The notes under the pieces: generated by a model | Seen by the model: only the letters and a program-made list of their open reading frames with translations | Told to the model about the DNA's origin: nothing | Databases searched by the model: none | Shown: piece after piece, positions 25,413 through 37,890 of the stretch | How the letters are laid out: every line of letters starts with the position of its first letter | How positions within the stretch are numbered: the first letter of the stretch is position 1 | Program-made: the position numbers and the translations under genes | Source of the DNA: Chiloscyllium plagiosum | Taxonomy: Eukaryota | Assembly: GCF_004010195.1 (NCBI RefSeq) | Contig: NC_057718.1 | Location: 80,238,116-80,302,115, forward strand | Length of the DNA: 64,000 nucleotides | Direction: 5' to 3'

Positions 25413-26279
25413 GCAGGAAAACATGAATAGAGGAAAAAAGGAGCAAAAGCGTGGATCATACTCGCAGTGCTCCTACATCATGGTTGATGAATCAGTACCG
25501 ATAATATCTCACGATCAGGATAAACCTGGATGATGATTTTCTCTTCTGTAACTTGAAGGTTGCACTAAATAAGCATATTAAGTAATGCCTCCTCCACCTT
25601 ATGAGCAGAACATTTCCAATACTCCCATCCCATCCCCCTGTGAAAATGACATCCTTCACATTTGAATAAGTATTGTTTACCTCTTTTTCTGTGAATATTT
25701 TGCCTAGCTATGGAGAGCCTTTCCAGAGGTAGAACCATTCCTTCCTTTATCCCTCAGAGGGCAGAGACATTTCTTTATTCATCAGATCGCCGGATTCTAA
25801 ACTCTCTGTAATCTAATGGACAAAGGTTCCTTCATTTCACTTCACCACACATCACCTTTGTCCCTGAAAACAGTCTCATAAGTCCTGTGTGCAATCCTCA
25901 AATGATATGCCTATCTTTCCCTAGGTAATGAGAAAAACATGAGGCACATACATGCTGATGATGTGTAGTAATAAATGATCTATCGGTGGAAATTTGATTG
26001 CACTCAGAGGGAGGATGCTCCAACTTCTTTCACTGCAGCTAACCATGTCAGCACCTAACAAAGTAAATAAACTACATTACATTTATATGCAATAAGGACA
26101 GAGATAAATTTGAAGAAGGCAGACTATAAAAATTGATTAAATACATGTGCAGCCAATCACTCACAAATGTCTTAGTCATTCTTTGCCTATTCCTTTTTCT
26201 AAGTACATCCTGATATTCAGAGCTGATGTAAAGGCAGCCTACTGTCTAAAACACTCTGGAGACTGCAATAACTTTGATG

Positions 26280-27035
26280 AGTGTCCTCTGGAGCTCAAGG
26301 CCCAAAAGGACCCCTAGCTGTCAAGACTCTCCTGTACAGGTACAACTGCACCCTCTTTAACTATCCTGCTGGGGCTATGGAGTCACTGGCAGAGGGAAGG
26401 TTGAGAGGCAGAGAATTCCAGAGTGTCCTGAGCTGGAGCTCCCAGGGTGCCAGGCTGGTGCTCTTCCACTTTCTGAATATCCAATGGCACCTCACTGACT
26501 TCTTGAGATTGATTTTGGTTAGATTCAGTGCCTGGGCATCTCAATCTGCTAATAGGCACAGAATAAATCTATAATGTCTGCTTCAACTTTAGGTGTCTCT
26601 GAAAACTGTCTTCAATATGTCAGGTTAGTGTGAGGACCTGTTTGGAGCAATGTGAACCCTATCTGCTTGGGCAGCATTATTGCTTGCAGGGTGAGACTTA
26701 GTCTAGCAGGCTGCATTCCATAACCTCATCATGGAGAAAAGGGCAATGGGGCTGTAACTTTGTTGATTGTTGAGTGATTTCACTGGCTTGACAATGATCA
26801 TTACCTTGGATTGGTATCAGATATTTGACTATTTCCTTCACTGTGATCTAATGTCTTTTGGAAGTCTGGGCAAATCCCATTGACACATACTGCTTTGCTC
26901 AACTTGATTGCAATCAAATACTTTCCGCTTCCTCTCATGCCAAGTCTTATCCCTTCTGGAAGATGCCTCTTACTAATGTCATTGGTACCAGCATCTTACA
27001 CACATTTTGTGCCACCTTCAGTACTTATAACTTTA
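26280..27035 (-). mobile_element. Degraded LINE fragment, probably RTE-type endonuclease region
   Basis: Resembles the RTE remnants at 28.8-29.5 kb; very decayed. Confidence 0.45.
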
Positions 27036-28829
27036 TTTGACCTTGGTATCCATCAAATTAACAATACCATTCCCAAATACGTGAGACAGCGCAATAAAAA
27101 CAAGCACTCATATTGAATTATTCCCTCACAAGTTACATAGGACTGTAGCTGTCAGTATTTTATAAAGATGTAGCACACTCAAGAGGGTTAGATGACTTCA
27201 TATGATATTTGAAACCTTCCCAAGGTTATTTAAGTTATAATCTTGAACACAACATTTTTTGTCTATTTTTCTATTTCCTCAGTATTTATATTTGGCGTTC
27301 TTTTGTTACTGTATTAATTCCCCTCCATATTGTCAATTATTCCTTCACAGTTTAGACATGAAGTTATTTTAAGATTATGACAGCTGACAGTTTCACAGGA
27401 AAATAAAATATGTAGTTTCTCCACATAACAGAAGCATAATGCATTTTAGTGCCCATTTTGTGCAAATTATACATGTACAATCTTACTCCAAAAGTAAGAA
27501 ATTTTAAACTCAAAAGCCCAAAAGGAAAAATGAAGATTTTTTTTAAAAAACCCTGAAATGGCTGTATTCAGCCCATTGCCCTGGCGCATTAATCAGTGAC
27601 CTTGCAAAATCTATTTTTCTGTTATTGTCCTATACATTTCCTGATTCTCTGTCCCCACTAACTGATTATGCCGTCAATCAAACACAATTCCCATGCTGAA
27701 TAGAAGTGAATAGAGGCCCCAAGCAGGGAGCAGCAGTCCTCCAAAGATCTGTCATATTAACATAAATAGGACCTGTTGTGACCGGATCATTTCCCTCAGC
27801 AATAACAGCCACAGTTTCTTTGTTCCAGTCTGCTATGTTTTTTAAATTGCCTGTTTTTTTAAAAAAACAGTATTCATTCTCCAGAATAAGACCCTACAAC
27901 ACCACTGTGCTTAATTACTTAGAATATGTCCCCATTTTTTTGTCAAAAATTATATCTCCGATTAAGATAGTCATTTCATTGAGCACTTTGAAGAAGATAT
28001 ACAGAAAAATGTGTTTTTCTCAGCTCCTAGCAATTTGTGAAGTGAGAAGACAGGAGTTGGCACTGACTACACCTGAATAATAAAATTCAAAAGATTAATT
28101 GCTGATTGGAAAGTAAATACTGTTGAAAAGTGCATAATGATTTTTAGTATTAAGCATAATTAAATAAAATGTTCACTGTTTCCAATCAAATACTCAAGAA
28201 AAACAAATCTGGAGGTTTAGCTTTGACTATTCCTGTCATTTGCTTGAATATTAACTGTTTACTGTGACTATTTTTAGGCCTTGATTTGCTCTCCATGCAA
28301 ATAAAAAAAATCATTTTAGCAACATAATGGCAGTGAAAATGAGCTATTTCCTGATTTTCGAATGCATCATTTCTGAGAGCGCATTTATTTCAGTAGCAAT
28401 AGAAATTCTCAGTCAAAGCTGGTTCCAAAGATAGAGATCAAATTTTTTTCTCTGTTTCAGTGCCTACTTGTAGACATTTACAAACAAAATCTGATCAGGA
28501 TAAAACAAAAATGATACACTGCCAGATCCTGCATTTCCTGTTAAAAATTGGAATGAAATGTGGATGCCTTAAATGATAGTGATAAATTCAAGGATGATGT
28601 GGCCTACTGGACTCTTGAACCATTTATTAAATTCTGGAAGACCTAGAGGGCCTGGGAAATAACCTTTGAGAAATGGAAGATTGCTCAACACAGACAGATT
28701 TCACACAAATGCTATGAAGAGCTGTGGAGAACGATTCTGACATCACTAATTATCATAAAAATATTGGCATGGTTGGTCCATTAGTTAATAGATGAAACAT
28801 ATTTTGTTAGAAACTGAGGAAAACGACAG

Positions 28830-29830
28830 ATGATCTATTCAGCTTCATGTCAGTTGGGGTTGTGCTGAGATGGTTGCAGGTAGTATGTTCTTCTAGGATA
28901 TGGTTGAAGATGCCCTTTTAGAAGATTAGATCTCAGTGAAGGAGATCCTCAAAGTGTTCCTTTCAATGAGCACTCACTGTCTTTCCGTCGTTGGCGAGCA
29001 ATGGTTCATTCTTAATTTTTAGTGGGGTCCTTGGGTGGTTGGGTTACAGATGGTTTTGACTACACTGAAAAGTACATACATGCATCATGTCATGACTCTT
29101 TACTAATTACTGAACTTCCTGTGCCCTTTCAGCACATTATCTGTGCTTTGGTTATGGTTTTTCTGTTGGACCTTTGCCTTCATTAGTCTGTAGACTTAAA
29201 TTCTTTCCTTCCAGTTTTGGTGGTCCTTCTAGTTCAGGAATGTTTTGCTTGTGATTCGGTAGCTCCTGAATCTCCTAGTCATTCTAATGAAACCAGACTT
29301 GATGTTTTCAGGCATAGAAACCTTAGATTCTCCTCAAAAGTGCTGTTCTTGATGGATTTAAAGGTAGAACAGGTGCTATGGTCACTTTTTGGTTCCTGTT
29401 TATTGAGCATTGGCAGGTTGGCTGTGAGTCACTGATTGAGGAGGTCCGTCTTTGAAGAGTCTATGAGACTTTTGGAAGTTGGTCTGATCTTAAAATCAAT
29501 AATAAACAGAAATTGAGATTATCAGGAGTGCAGAGAAAATGCTTCAAGGACGTCCTCAAAAGTCCTTGAAACAAATGAAACATGCCTGCTGACTCATGGA
29601 AATCTCTTGCCCAAGACTGTCCAAACTGGAGAAAAGGCATCCTCAAAGATGCTTGAGCTATTCCAGTAGGCCCAGGTGGAAGCCAGACAGCAGCAGCATG
29701 TGAAAACTCAAGCAAACCACTCGCCTGCCTCTTCAAACACTACCTGCCCTAAGCACTGTTGAGCGTGTGGATCAAGTCACCGTAAACTTCAACTGAGAGG
29801 AAGAAAGTCATCTTCAATTTACAAAGACTG
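28830..29830. mobile_element. RTE-type LINE remnants (about 28830-29460 minus; 29520-29830 plus 3' end)
   Basis: VKTICNPTTQGP...KEHFEDLL on minus; QRKCFKDVLK...DSWKSLAQDCPNWRK on plus. Confidence 0.75.
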
Positions 29831-29907
29831 TCTCAGGAGAAACCATAAATATTGGAGTAGTACAACAAATTTCCTGTAGCTATAGCAATTAAAAAACTTC
29901 TACTTAC

Positions 29908-29961
29908 ATCAGAAAAGTAACTATCCTCATCTATGCTAAGCCACTTCAAGCTTGAAGGATC
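29908..29961 (-). pseudogene. DNHD1-like 54-nt exon
   Basis: TACAG|...|GTAAGT; open frame DPSSLKWLSIDEDSYFSD. Confidence 0.55.
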
Positions 29962-30029
29962 CTGTACACAGCACATTAGATCACATCTTGTCATGATTGA
30001 TGGTGGACAATTAAACAACTAACCAGAAG

Positions 30030-31040
30030 CAGAGGCTCCATAAACATCCTCATTAACCAATGATAGCTGAACCCAATGCATAAGTACAAAAGACAAAGAC
30101 AAATTATTTGCAACTATCTTCAGCCAGAAGTGCTGAGTGGACGACCCATCTCAGCCTCCTCCTCATGACAATTATATCCCCAACTACAGCCCATACAACT
30201 TACTCCATATGGTAATAGTAAAAGGATATGGACTCTAATAACATCCCAGCTGCAGTACTGAAAACTCATACTTCCAGATCTATTCCAGTTCAGCTCGAAC
30301 ATTTGGCTCTAATCTACTGTCTGGAAAATTGGACAGGGATGACAGACCAATTACTGCTCAATCAGTTTACTCTCAATCATTGACAAAGTGATACAAGCTG
30401 TAATTGATAGCGCAATCAGTAACATTTACTCTACAAAACCCACATGATGATAATACTTTGTTCTGCTAGGCCCACCCAGCTCCAGATCTCATGACAATAT
30501 TTGGCTAAACATCAATAAAAGAGCTGAATGCCGGAGGTGAAATGAGATGAGAATGACTGCCTTTGACATCAAGGAAGCAATTGACTGAGTTGGCATTAAA
30601 AAGCCGGAGAAAAATTAAGCTCAATGAAAATCAGGGGGACAATGCTCCATTGTATGGTTACAATCATAGCAAAACACAAACAATGACTCTAGTAGTTGGA
30701 CACCAATCATCTCAGCCCCAGGATATTGTGGCAGGAGTTTCTCAGGGTAGTTTCTGAGCTTCAGCTACTTCATCAATGAACTCCCTTACATCCTAAAGTC
30801 ACTCTTGGCAATAATCACTGATGGTCGCAATACTCAGTACCATTCCAGAATCTGAGGCAGTCTGTTCCCACATGCAGGAAGACCTGAACAATATTTGGAT
30901 TGGGGCTGAAAAGCAGCAAGTAATATTTATGTCACACAGCACCAGGCAATATGCATATCCACTAAGAAAGAATTTGATCAATTTCCCTTGATGTTCAGCA
31001 GGATTACTATTATTGAATTGCTGACCTTCAACATCCTGTA
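30030..31040 (+). mobile_element. Degraded CR1/L2-group LINE RT fragment
   Basis: AGVSQGS motif; similar to 34500-35600 in reverse. Confidence 0.7.
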
Positions 31041-31589
31041 ATTGGGTATAATTTAATATTTGTTATTTCCTATCAGAGTTGCCCATCATATTAATGAATT
31101 TAAAGACATTACAAAATGCACTGAGGTGCTTTGCCAATAAGTGCATATTTGATAATGAAGTCATCTGCATATTTTGGGCATATACCAAGTAGATGCAAAG
31201 ATGATTTTTAGATGTCAATTACAGACACATTAGCTTGATGGCTTCATCATTTGATTTATTCAATGGCTGAATTTGAGAGACAATATTCATTTACTGTGCC
31301 TGAATTTAACTGTTGGTGTCTAAATTGTATCTAAGTTATCAAAGAGAAGAATTGCTGGAAGAACTGAAGGCAGGTCACTGGACCGAAAATGTTAACTCTG
31401 TTTTCTCTCCACAGTTTTATCTGAGCAGATGCACCTACTTCAATCCCCACAGAAATGTCCAGTTCCAAAGTTCTTGAACGCAGCCTCTCAAACACAGGTC
31501 CTCTCACTTTATCACTCCACAGAGTCAGCTTTTGACTCATTTTCAGCAGCTACCAGATTCCATCTCAGGCCCCCAAATACATTCGTCAC

Positions 31590-31810
31590 CTGGACAGAAG
31601 CTCCTTACGACAGGCATAAGATTCCCCAGAGACTGCATTATCTACCTTTTTAAAACATCATATGGTCTGGTCATTTCAGGCAAAAATGGAAGCAGCTACA
31701 ATGAACTTGTCCAATTCACAATTTCTACTCTAAACCTATCTTCAGCTTTTTGTTCATTTAACTGCTTCACAAATGCACCTTCCCTGTTCAACACTGTGCT
31801 GCAACTCTCT
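31590..31810 (-). pseudogene. DNHD1-like exon remnant
   Basis: ESCSTVLNREGAFVKQLNEQKAEDRFRVEIVNWTSSL*LLPFLPEMTRPYDVLKR*IMQSLGNLMPVVRSFCP; donor CCAG|GTGACG; right end abuts nested repeats. Confidence 0.55.
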
Positions 31811-31839
31811 TTTTTTGTTTATTCCTGGGATATGGGTGT

Positions 31840-33914
31840 TGCACTAATTGTAACGAGGTCAGCCAGCTCGACCTCATAGAATATGAGTTCCCTCATTGGA
31901 CTAGATTAACAGCTCCAATCAGGAACCTCTGGCTGACAGATGAAAAGGGGAGTGTCAGCAATACTGCCACTCTGGGACCTGACTCTAAATGAGGCAGTAC
32001 TAAAGTCAAGGGCTGTTCATGTATCGATAAAGGGTGACTTAGCGGGAGCAGAAGCATCTGTTATTCAATAAGAGCATGTCGGATCTTTTAGTGGCCTCAG
32101 CTCCACTTACCTGCCCTCTCACCATAACCCTTAATCCTTTTCCTCTTCAAAAATTATCGATCTTATCTTTAAAAACATTTACTAAGGAAGCCTCAACTAT
32201 TTCACTGGGCAGGAACTCTATAGATTCACAACCCTCTGGGTGAAGAAGTTCCTTCTCAATTCAGTCCTAAATCTGCTCCCCTTAATTTTGAGGCTATGTC
32301 CTCTTCTCGTTTTACCTGCCAGTGGAAACACCCTCTCTACTTCTATCCAGTCTATTCCCTTCATAATTTTATATGTTTCTATACAAACGCCCCCTCATTC
32401 TTCTAAATTCCAATGAATATAATCCTCGTCTACTCAGTCTCTCCTTATAAGCCAATGCCCTCAACTCCAGAATCAACCCAGTGAACCTCCTCTGCACCCC
32501 CTCTAGTGCCAGTACATCCCTTCTCAAGTAAGGAGACCAAAACTGCACACAGTACTCCAGGTGTGGCCTCACAAGAACCCTGTACACAAAAACAGCTGCA
32601 ACATAACCTCCATGCTTTTAAACTCAATCCCTTTAGCAATGAAGGACAAAATTCTATTTGCCTTCTTAATTATCTGTTGCACCTGTAGACCAACCTTCTG
32701 TGATTCATGCACAAGGACAGGTCCCTTTGCATAGTAGCATGCTGCAATTTTTTAATCATTCAAGTAATAGTCCCTTTAACTGTTATTCCTACAAAAATGG
32801 ATGACTTCACATTTATTAACATTGTACTCTATCTGCCAGTCCTTTGCCCACTCACTTACAATATCTCTGTCCCTTTGCAAGTTTCACAGTCCTCTCCACA
32901 CTTTGCTCTATCACTCATCTTAGTATTATCTGCAAACTTTGACACACTACATATGGTCCCCAGCTCCAAATCATCTATATAAATTGTGAACAATTGTGGC
33001 CCCAAAACTGATCCATAAGGCACACCACTAGTCTCTAATTTCCAACCAGAAAAGCACTCATTTATCCCCACTCTTTGTTTCCTGTTAACCACTCATCTAT
33101 CCATGCTAATACATTACCTGTCATGCCATGCATCTTTATCTTATGCAGCAGCCTTTTGTACGCACCTTGTTGAATGCCTTTTGGAAATCTAGGTACACTA
33201 CATGTACTGGGTGCCGTTGTCCGCCATGCTCATAATGTCTTCATAGAATTCCAGCAGATTAGCATGAACCCAAGCTACGTCTGCCCAACTCAACAATTTC
33301 TATTGCCTTGCTATTTCTTCCTTGATAGTAGACTAAAGGATTTTACCCACTATAGAAGTTAAGCTAACTGGTTTATAATTCCCCATCTTCCGTCTACCTC
33401 CTTTTTTAAACAGGAACAAAGTTAAAAGGTCTGCTTTCCAATTCACTGGAACTGCTCCAGAGTTCAGTGAATTTTGGAAAATTACCATAAGTGTATTTGT
33501 TATTTCTCCCACCATCTCTTTTAGTACCCTTGGATACATTCCATCGGGGCCAGGAGACCTGACTACCCGTAGCTCCATTAGCTTGCCCGTCCCCACCTCT
33601 TTCATGATAACAATTGTTTCCAGGTTCTCAGCTACCTTTGTTTCTTTATCTATTGCTGGCATGTTATTCGTGTCTTCCACTGTGAAGACCAATATAAAAT
33701 ACCTGTTCAATGCCTCGGCCATGCCCTCATATCCCTTTACTAAGTCCCTCTTCTCATCCTCTCAAGAAACGAATGTTTACTTTAGCCAGTCTTTTTCATT
33801 TTATACATTTATAGAAACTTTTGCTATCTGTATTTATATTTTGAGCTAGTTTATTTCCATAATCTATTTTACTTTTCTTCATACAGGATATTGAATATCT
33901 GTGGAGTTATTTCA
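31840..33914 (+). mobile_element. Solo LTR split by a CR1 insertion
   Basis: TG at 31840, CA at 33914, exact 5-bp TSD GGTGT (31835-31839, 33915-33919). Confidence 0.8.
32050..33880 (-). mobile_element. CR1 ORF2 3' half
   Basis: SPGPDGMYPRVLKE, NYKPVSLTSIVGK, SGVPYGSVLGP, KFADNTK. Confidence 0.93.
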
Positions 33915-35665
33915 GGTGTTACTGGCTCGGCCAGCACTTATTGTCCATCCCTAATTGCCCTAGGGCCATGCCCCCAGTGGTGAGCAGCCTTCTTGAACCA
34001 CTGCAGTCTTTGTGCTGTAGGTACATCCACAATGCTATTAGGGAGGGAGTCCTGGGATTTTGACCCAGAGACAATGAGGGAACAGTGATATTTCTCTAAG
34101 TCAGGATGGCTTGGAAGGAAACTTGCAGGTGGTGGTGTTCCCATGTATCTGCTGCTGTGGGTTTCGGAGGTGTTTGTTGCAGGATTTTTGGTAAGTTACT
34201 GTAGTGAATCTGACAGACAGTAATCACTGCTGCCATTGCTTCAGTGGTGAAGGGAACAAATGTTGAAGATAGTGAATGTGGTATCAATCAAGTGGGTTGC
34301 TTTGTCCTGGATGGTGTCAAGCTTCTTGAGTGTTGTTGGAGCTGCACTCATCCAGGCAAATGGAGAGGACTTGCATCTTGTTGATGGTTGACAAGCTTTG
34401 GGAAGTCAGGAGGTACGTTACCCATCCTAGAATTACTCGCTTCAGATCTGCTGTTATTGCCACAGTATCAATATAGCTGGTTCAGTTCTGTCTCTAGTCA
34501 GTGGTAACCCATAGCATGTCGATAAAGGGGAGTTCAGTGATGGTGAAATCATTGAACATCAAGGGGTGATATTTTCTCGCTTGCTGAATATAGTCATTGT
34601 TTGGCAATTGTGAGGCACAAATGTTACTTTTCAATTCAAGCCTTATATTGTCCAGGTCTTGCTTCAGGATTACAGAAGCCACAAATGAATATTGTCCAAT
34701 CAGTGGCAAACATCCCCAATTCTGAACTTATGATGGAGGGAAGGTCATTGATGAAGTAGTTGAAGCTGTTGGGTCCACGACACTACCCTGAGGAATTACT
34801 GCAGAGATGTCCTGGACCTGAGATAACTGATCTCCAACAACCACAACCATCTTCCTTTGTGCCAGGTATGATTCCAAATAGTGAAGTATTTTCCCACAAT
34901 TCGCATGGACTGCAATACATCTAGGACTCCTTGATGTCACAGGGAAACAGTGTGGTCTGCAGATGCTGGAGATCAGAGTTGTGAGTGTTGCTGGAAAAGC
35001 ACAGCAAGTCAGGCAGCATCCAATGAACAGGAAAATCAATGCTTTGGGGTTGGAGCCCTTCATCAGGATCCTGATGAAAGGCTCCGGCCCGAAACATCGA
35101 TTTTCCTGCTTATCGGATGCTGCCTGACCTGCTGTGCTTTTCCAGCAACACACTCTCAACTCTTTGATGCCACACTCAGTCAAATGCTGCCTTGATGGTA
35201 ACAGTATTCACTCTTATCTTACGTCCAGGACTCAGCCCTTTTATCCATGTTCAATCAAGGCTATAATGAGGTCAGGATCTGAGTGGCCCTAGTGGAATCC
35301 AAACTGGACATCAGTGAGCAGCTTATTGCTTTGAAAGTGCTGCTTTATAGCGCTGTCAATTATCCTTTTCATTACTTAATTAATGATCAAGACTAGGTTG
35401 ATTGAGTGGTAATTAGCCAGATTGAATTTGTCCTGCTTTCTGTGTACAAGACCTACCTGGAAGATTTTCTACATTGAAGGGCAGGTGCCAATGTTAAGGT
35501 TGTACTGGAGCTGCTTCATTTGAGGTGTGGCTAGTTCTGGAGCACACAGCTTCAGTCCTATTGCCTGAATATTGTCAGGGCCCATATCCTTGGCAGTATT
35601 CAATGCCTTTAGCTGTTTTTGTCATCATGTGCAGTGAATTTAATCTGAAAACTGGCATCTGTGAT
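33915..35665 (-). mobile_element. CR1/L2-group LINE, with Penelope-derived palindrome nested at about 34942-35158
   Basis: IPQGSVVDP, LESYLAQRKMVVVVG; its 3' tip lies at about 31810-31839. Confidence 0.8.
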
Positions 35666-35669
35666 CTAC

Positions 35670-35850
35670 CTTCACCTTTATTTATGTCTGGCTAATACAG
35701 AAGATCTTTAAAGTTCCTTTAATAAGGTCATAAGCACAGCATTGGAAATTTTCTTTCGGAATGCTCCCAATGATAATGTGTAAATCTGAAGGCCTCAATG
35801 AGACTGATTAATTATGACCAGCTTCAATTCACTAGATCGACTACTTATGG
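35670..35850 (-). pseudogene. DNHD1-like exon remnant (5' part of first recognisable coding segment)
   Basis: Translates to RKKISNAVLMTLLKEL*RSS; boundaries approximate; left end abuts an inserted LINE. Confidence 0.4.
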
Positions 35851-36129
35851 AAAAACATGAAGGAAAGATTCAGAAAAGCCACAGATACCCATTGGGAAAT
35901 ATAAAATAATGTGTTCCAGTCGGTACATTTAAGGAGAGATGCAAGAACAGATGGTTGGCACTTCTGTCAGTGATAATTTTGTGCTGTTGCATATCCTTGC
36001 CCTAGTGATGCAGATGATACTCCAAACCATTGAGCCAACACTGATTCAAATGAGAAATGCTACTGGCGTTAATTTAGGTATATCACAATTACTCACAGAT
36101 ACAATTCCAACCATATCCTCATTCGATAA

Positions 36130-37060
36130 GTATCCACATGCTAATGCTACTCCAATATCTGGAGGAGTACTTAAGGACCATCCTTGGAGTTACCATGAAT
36201 CAGAAACTCAACTGGACTTGCCACATAAACACAGTTACTACAAGAGCTAGTCAGAAGCTAGGAAAACTGCCACCAGCAACTCACCTCCTGACTCCCAAGT
36301 CTATCATCTCCAAGGCACAAGTCAGAAATGTGATGGAATATTTCCCATTTGCCTGCATGGGTACAGCTGCAACAACATTAAACAAACTTGACAACATGGA
36401 GCATACAGTTCGCTTGACTGAAACCACATCCATAAGCATCCACTCCCTCCATCAACGACTTATTTAGCCTTTTTATCACAGGACTGTTAATCTAGACAGT
36501 GGTCAGCACTGCTCCCTCACAACGCCAGGGACCAGAGTTCAATTCCACCCTCGGGTGGCCGTGTGGAGTTTGTAAATTCCCCCAGTGTCTGGGTGCGTTT
36601 CCTCCGGGTACTCCGGATTCCTCCCACAGTCCAAAAATATGAACGTTCGGTGGATTGGCCATGTTAAATTGCCCACATTATCTAGGGATATGCAAGTTAG
36701 GTGGGTTAACCCTGGATAATGTGGGGTTATAGGGATAAGGTAGGGGGTGGGATGCACTTTGTCAGATTAGTGTAGACTCGATGGGCCAAATGGCCTGCTT
36801 CCATTCTGTAGGGATTCTATGAATCTCTCCTGATAGCTCTTTCATCTTGAAGGACAAGGGCAGCAGATACACAGGAACATCACCATCTGGATGTTCCCCT
36901 CCAAGCCACTCACCATCCTGACTTGGAAATATATCACTATTCCTTCACTGTTACTAAATCAAAATCCTGGAATTTCCTCCCGAATTCAACAAGACAGATC
37001 ACCATCATATTTTTAGGGGCAGCTAGGAATGGGTAGTATTTTCTAGCCATCCAGTGAATA
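36130..37060 (+). mobile_element. CR1/L2-group LINE 3' part interrupted by a SINE
   Basis: QKLNWTCHINTV, KAQVRNVMEY. Confidence 0.75.
36498..36822 (+). mobile_element. HE1/V-SINE-type SINE
   Basis: Same head, core and tail as other copies. Confidence 0.88.
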
Positions 37061-37109
37061 AAAGAGGTGCACAGGTAATGTAAAATGTTTCCATGGGGTA
37101 AATGTGTTG

Positions 37110-37620
37110 CTGGCAATTTGTTGCACATCCCTATTTGCCTTTGAGAAGGTGGCAGTGAACGGCCTTCTTGCAACAGTGCAGTCCGTTTGATGTTGGTACA
37201 CTTACAGTGCTGTTCAGAAAGGAGTTTCAGGACATTCCCAATAGTACTGAAGGCATGGTGATGTGCTACTTAGTGTTGATAATGTGTGACTTGTAGGGGA
37301 ATGTGCAGGTGGTGATGTCCCCAGGTATCTGCTGCCCTTGTCCTTCTGGCTGGTCAAAGGTTTGGAAGATGGTATTGAAGGAGCCTTAGTGAATTGCTGC
37401 ACTGCATCTTACATATAGGGCACTATACTGGCACTGCCTGTTGGTGATGGACAGAGTAAATGTTAAAGGTGGTGGATGGGGAGCTAATCAAAGGGACTGT
37501 TTTGTCCTGAATGGTGTCAAGCTCCTCAAGCTTTGTTAAAGCTGTACTCATCCAGACAAGTGAGTGGTACATCTGACTCCTGATTTGTGCCTGGCAATAG
37601 TGGATAGCTTTGGAGAACCA
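37110..37620 (-). mobile_element. CR1/L2-group LINE 3' end
   Basis: Similar to 33930-34400. Confidence 0.7.
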
Positions 37621-37876
37621 CAACACAAGTAACACACATTTTGCAAGCATTTTTAATGTGTTTCACATGTAATCCTAATAAACCTAAATTATTTGAAATA
37701 TATCTCAATTTTTAAAAACATTCTGAATAAAAAGAACAACAGTAAAATCAAGAGAACACCATCCGATCTGAACAAAATGTGAACAGACAAACCCATTAAT
37801 AGTTCACTGATTCTAAATAAGCTCAATAAAAGAAGTAACAGGTCTGGATCTTTTGAGCAACAGTGATGCTGATCAG

Positions 37877-37890
37877 ATTGCCATGGCAAC
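37877..37890. promoter_or_regulatory. RFX X-box motif, candidate promoter element of the dynein-like gene
   Basis: ATTGCCATGGCAAC, one mismatch from the palindromic X-box GTTGCCATGGCAAC, in non-repeat DNA about 2 kb upstream of the first exon remnant. Confidence 0.55.

Larger units (their letters stand above)
6846..35850 (-). pseudogene. DNHD1: Decayed multi-exon dynein heavy chain domain-containing (DNHD1-like) gene, N-terminal tail/stem region; probably continues left of 6.8 kb
   Basis: Ordered exon remnants with AG/GT ends translate to AVLMTLLKEL, SL*LLPFLPEM, LQCWLR...GAQRMNNNWELFFLLP, NHSIFV, SQNVPCF, WIDNILMNFAVKWELEILK, NQMCW, LQSLELAWQ, ENLSLTQPL, QARDFTLVCKEFIISV. These match, in order, DNHD1 motifs recalled from memory (GVLELLLAEL, LDLLPFLEQL, LATWLR...GAQ...W...LLP, QGSIYL, SHVPCV, WITGIYEFLQSW, NECW, LVSLERQFQ, ELLTLGQLL, EARQLRLLNFILHV). 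Many in-frame stops and frameshifts. Ortholog versus paralog unresolved. Confidence 0.65.

Noticed and set aside
28978..29064. Apparent minus-strand exon (TTTTCAG...GTGAGT)
   Set aside because: Translation through and beyond it (NPTTQGP...KEHFEDLL) fits an RTE LINE ORF, so the splice-like sites are likely incidental.
6846..35850. Stop-codon recoding or selenocysteine as an explanation for the in-frame stops
   Set aside because: All three stop types plus frameshifts and an apparent exonic insertion occur, consistent with neutral decay.
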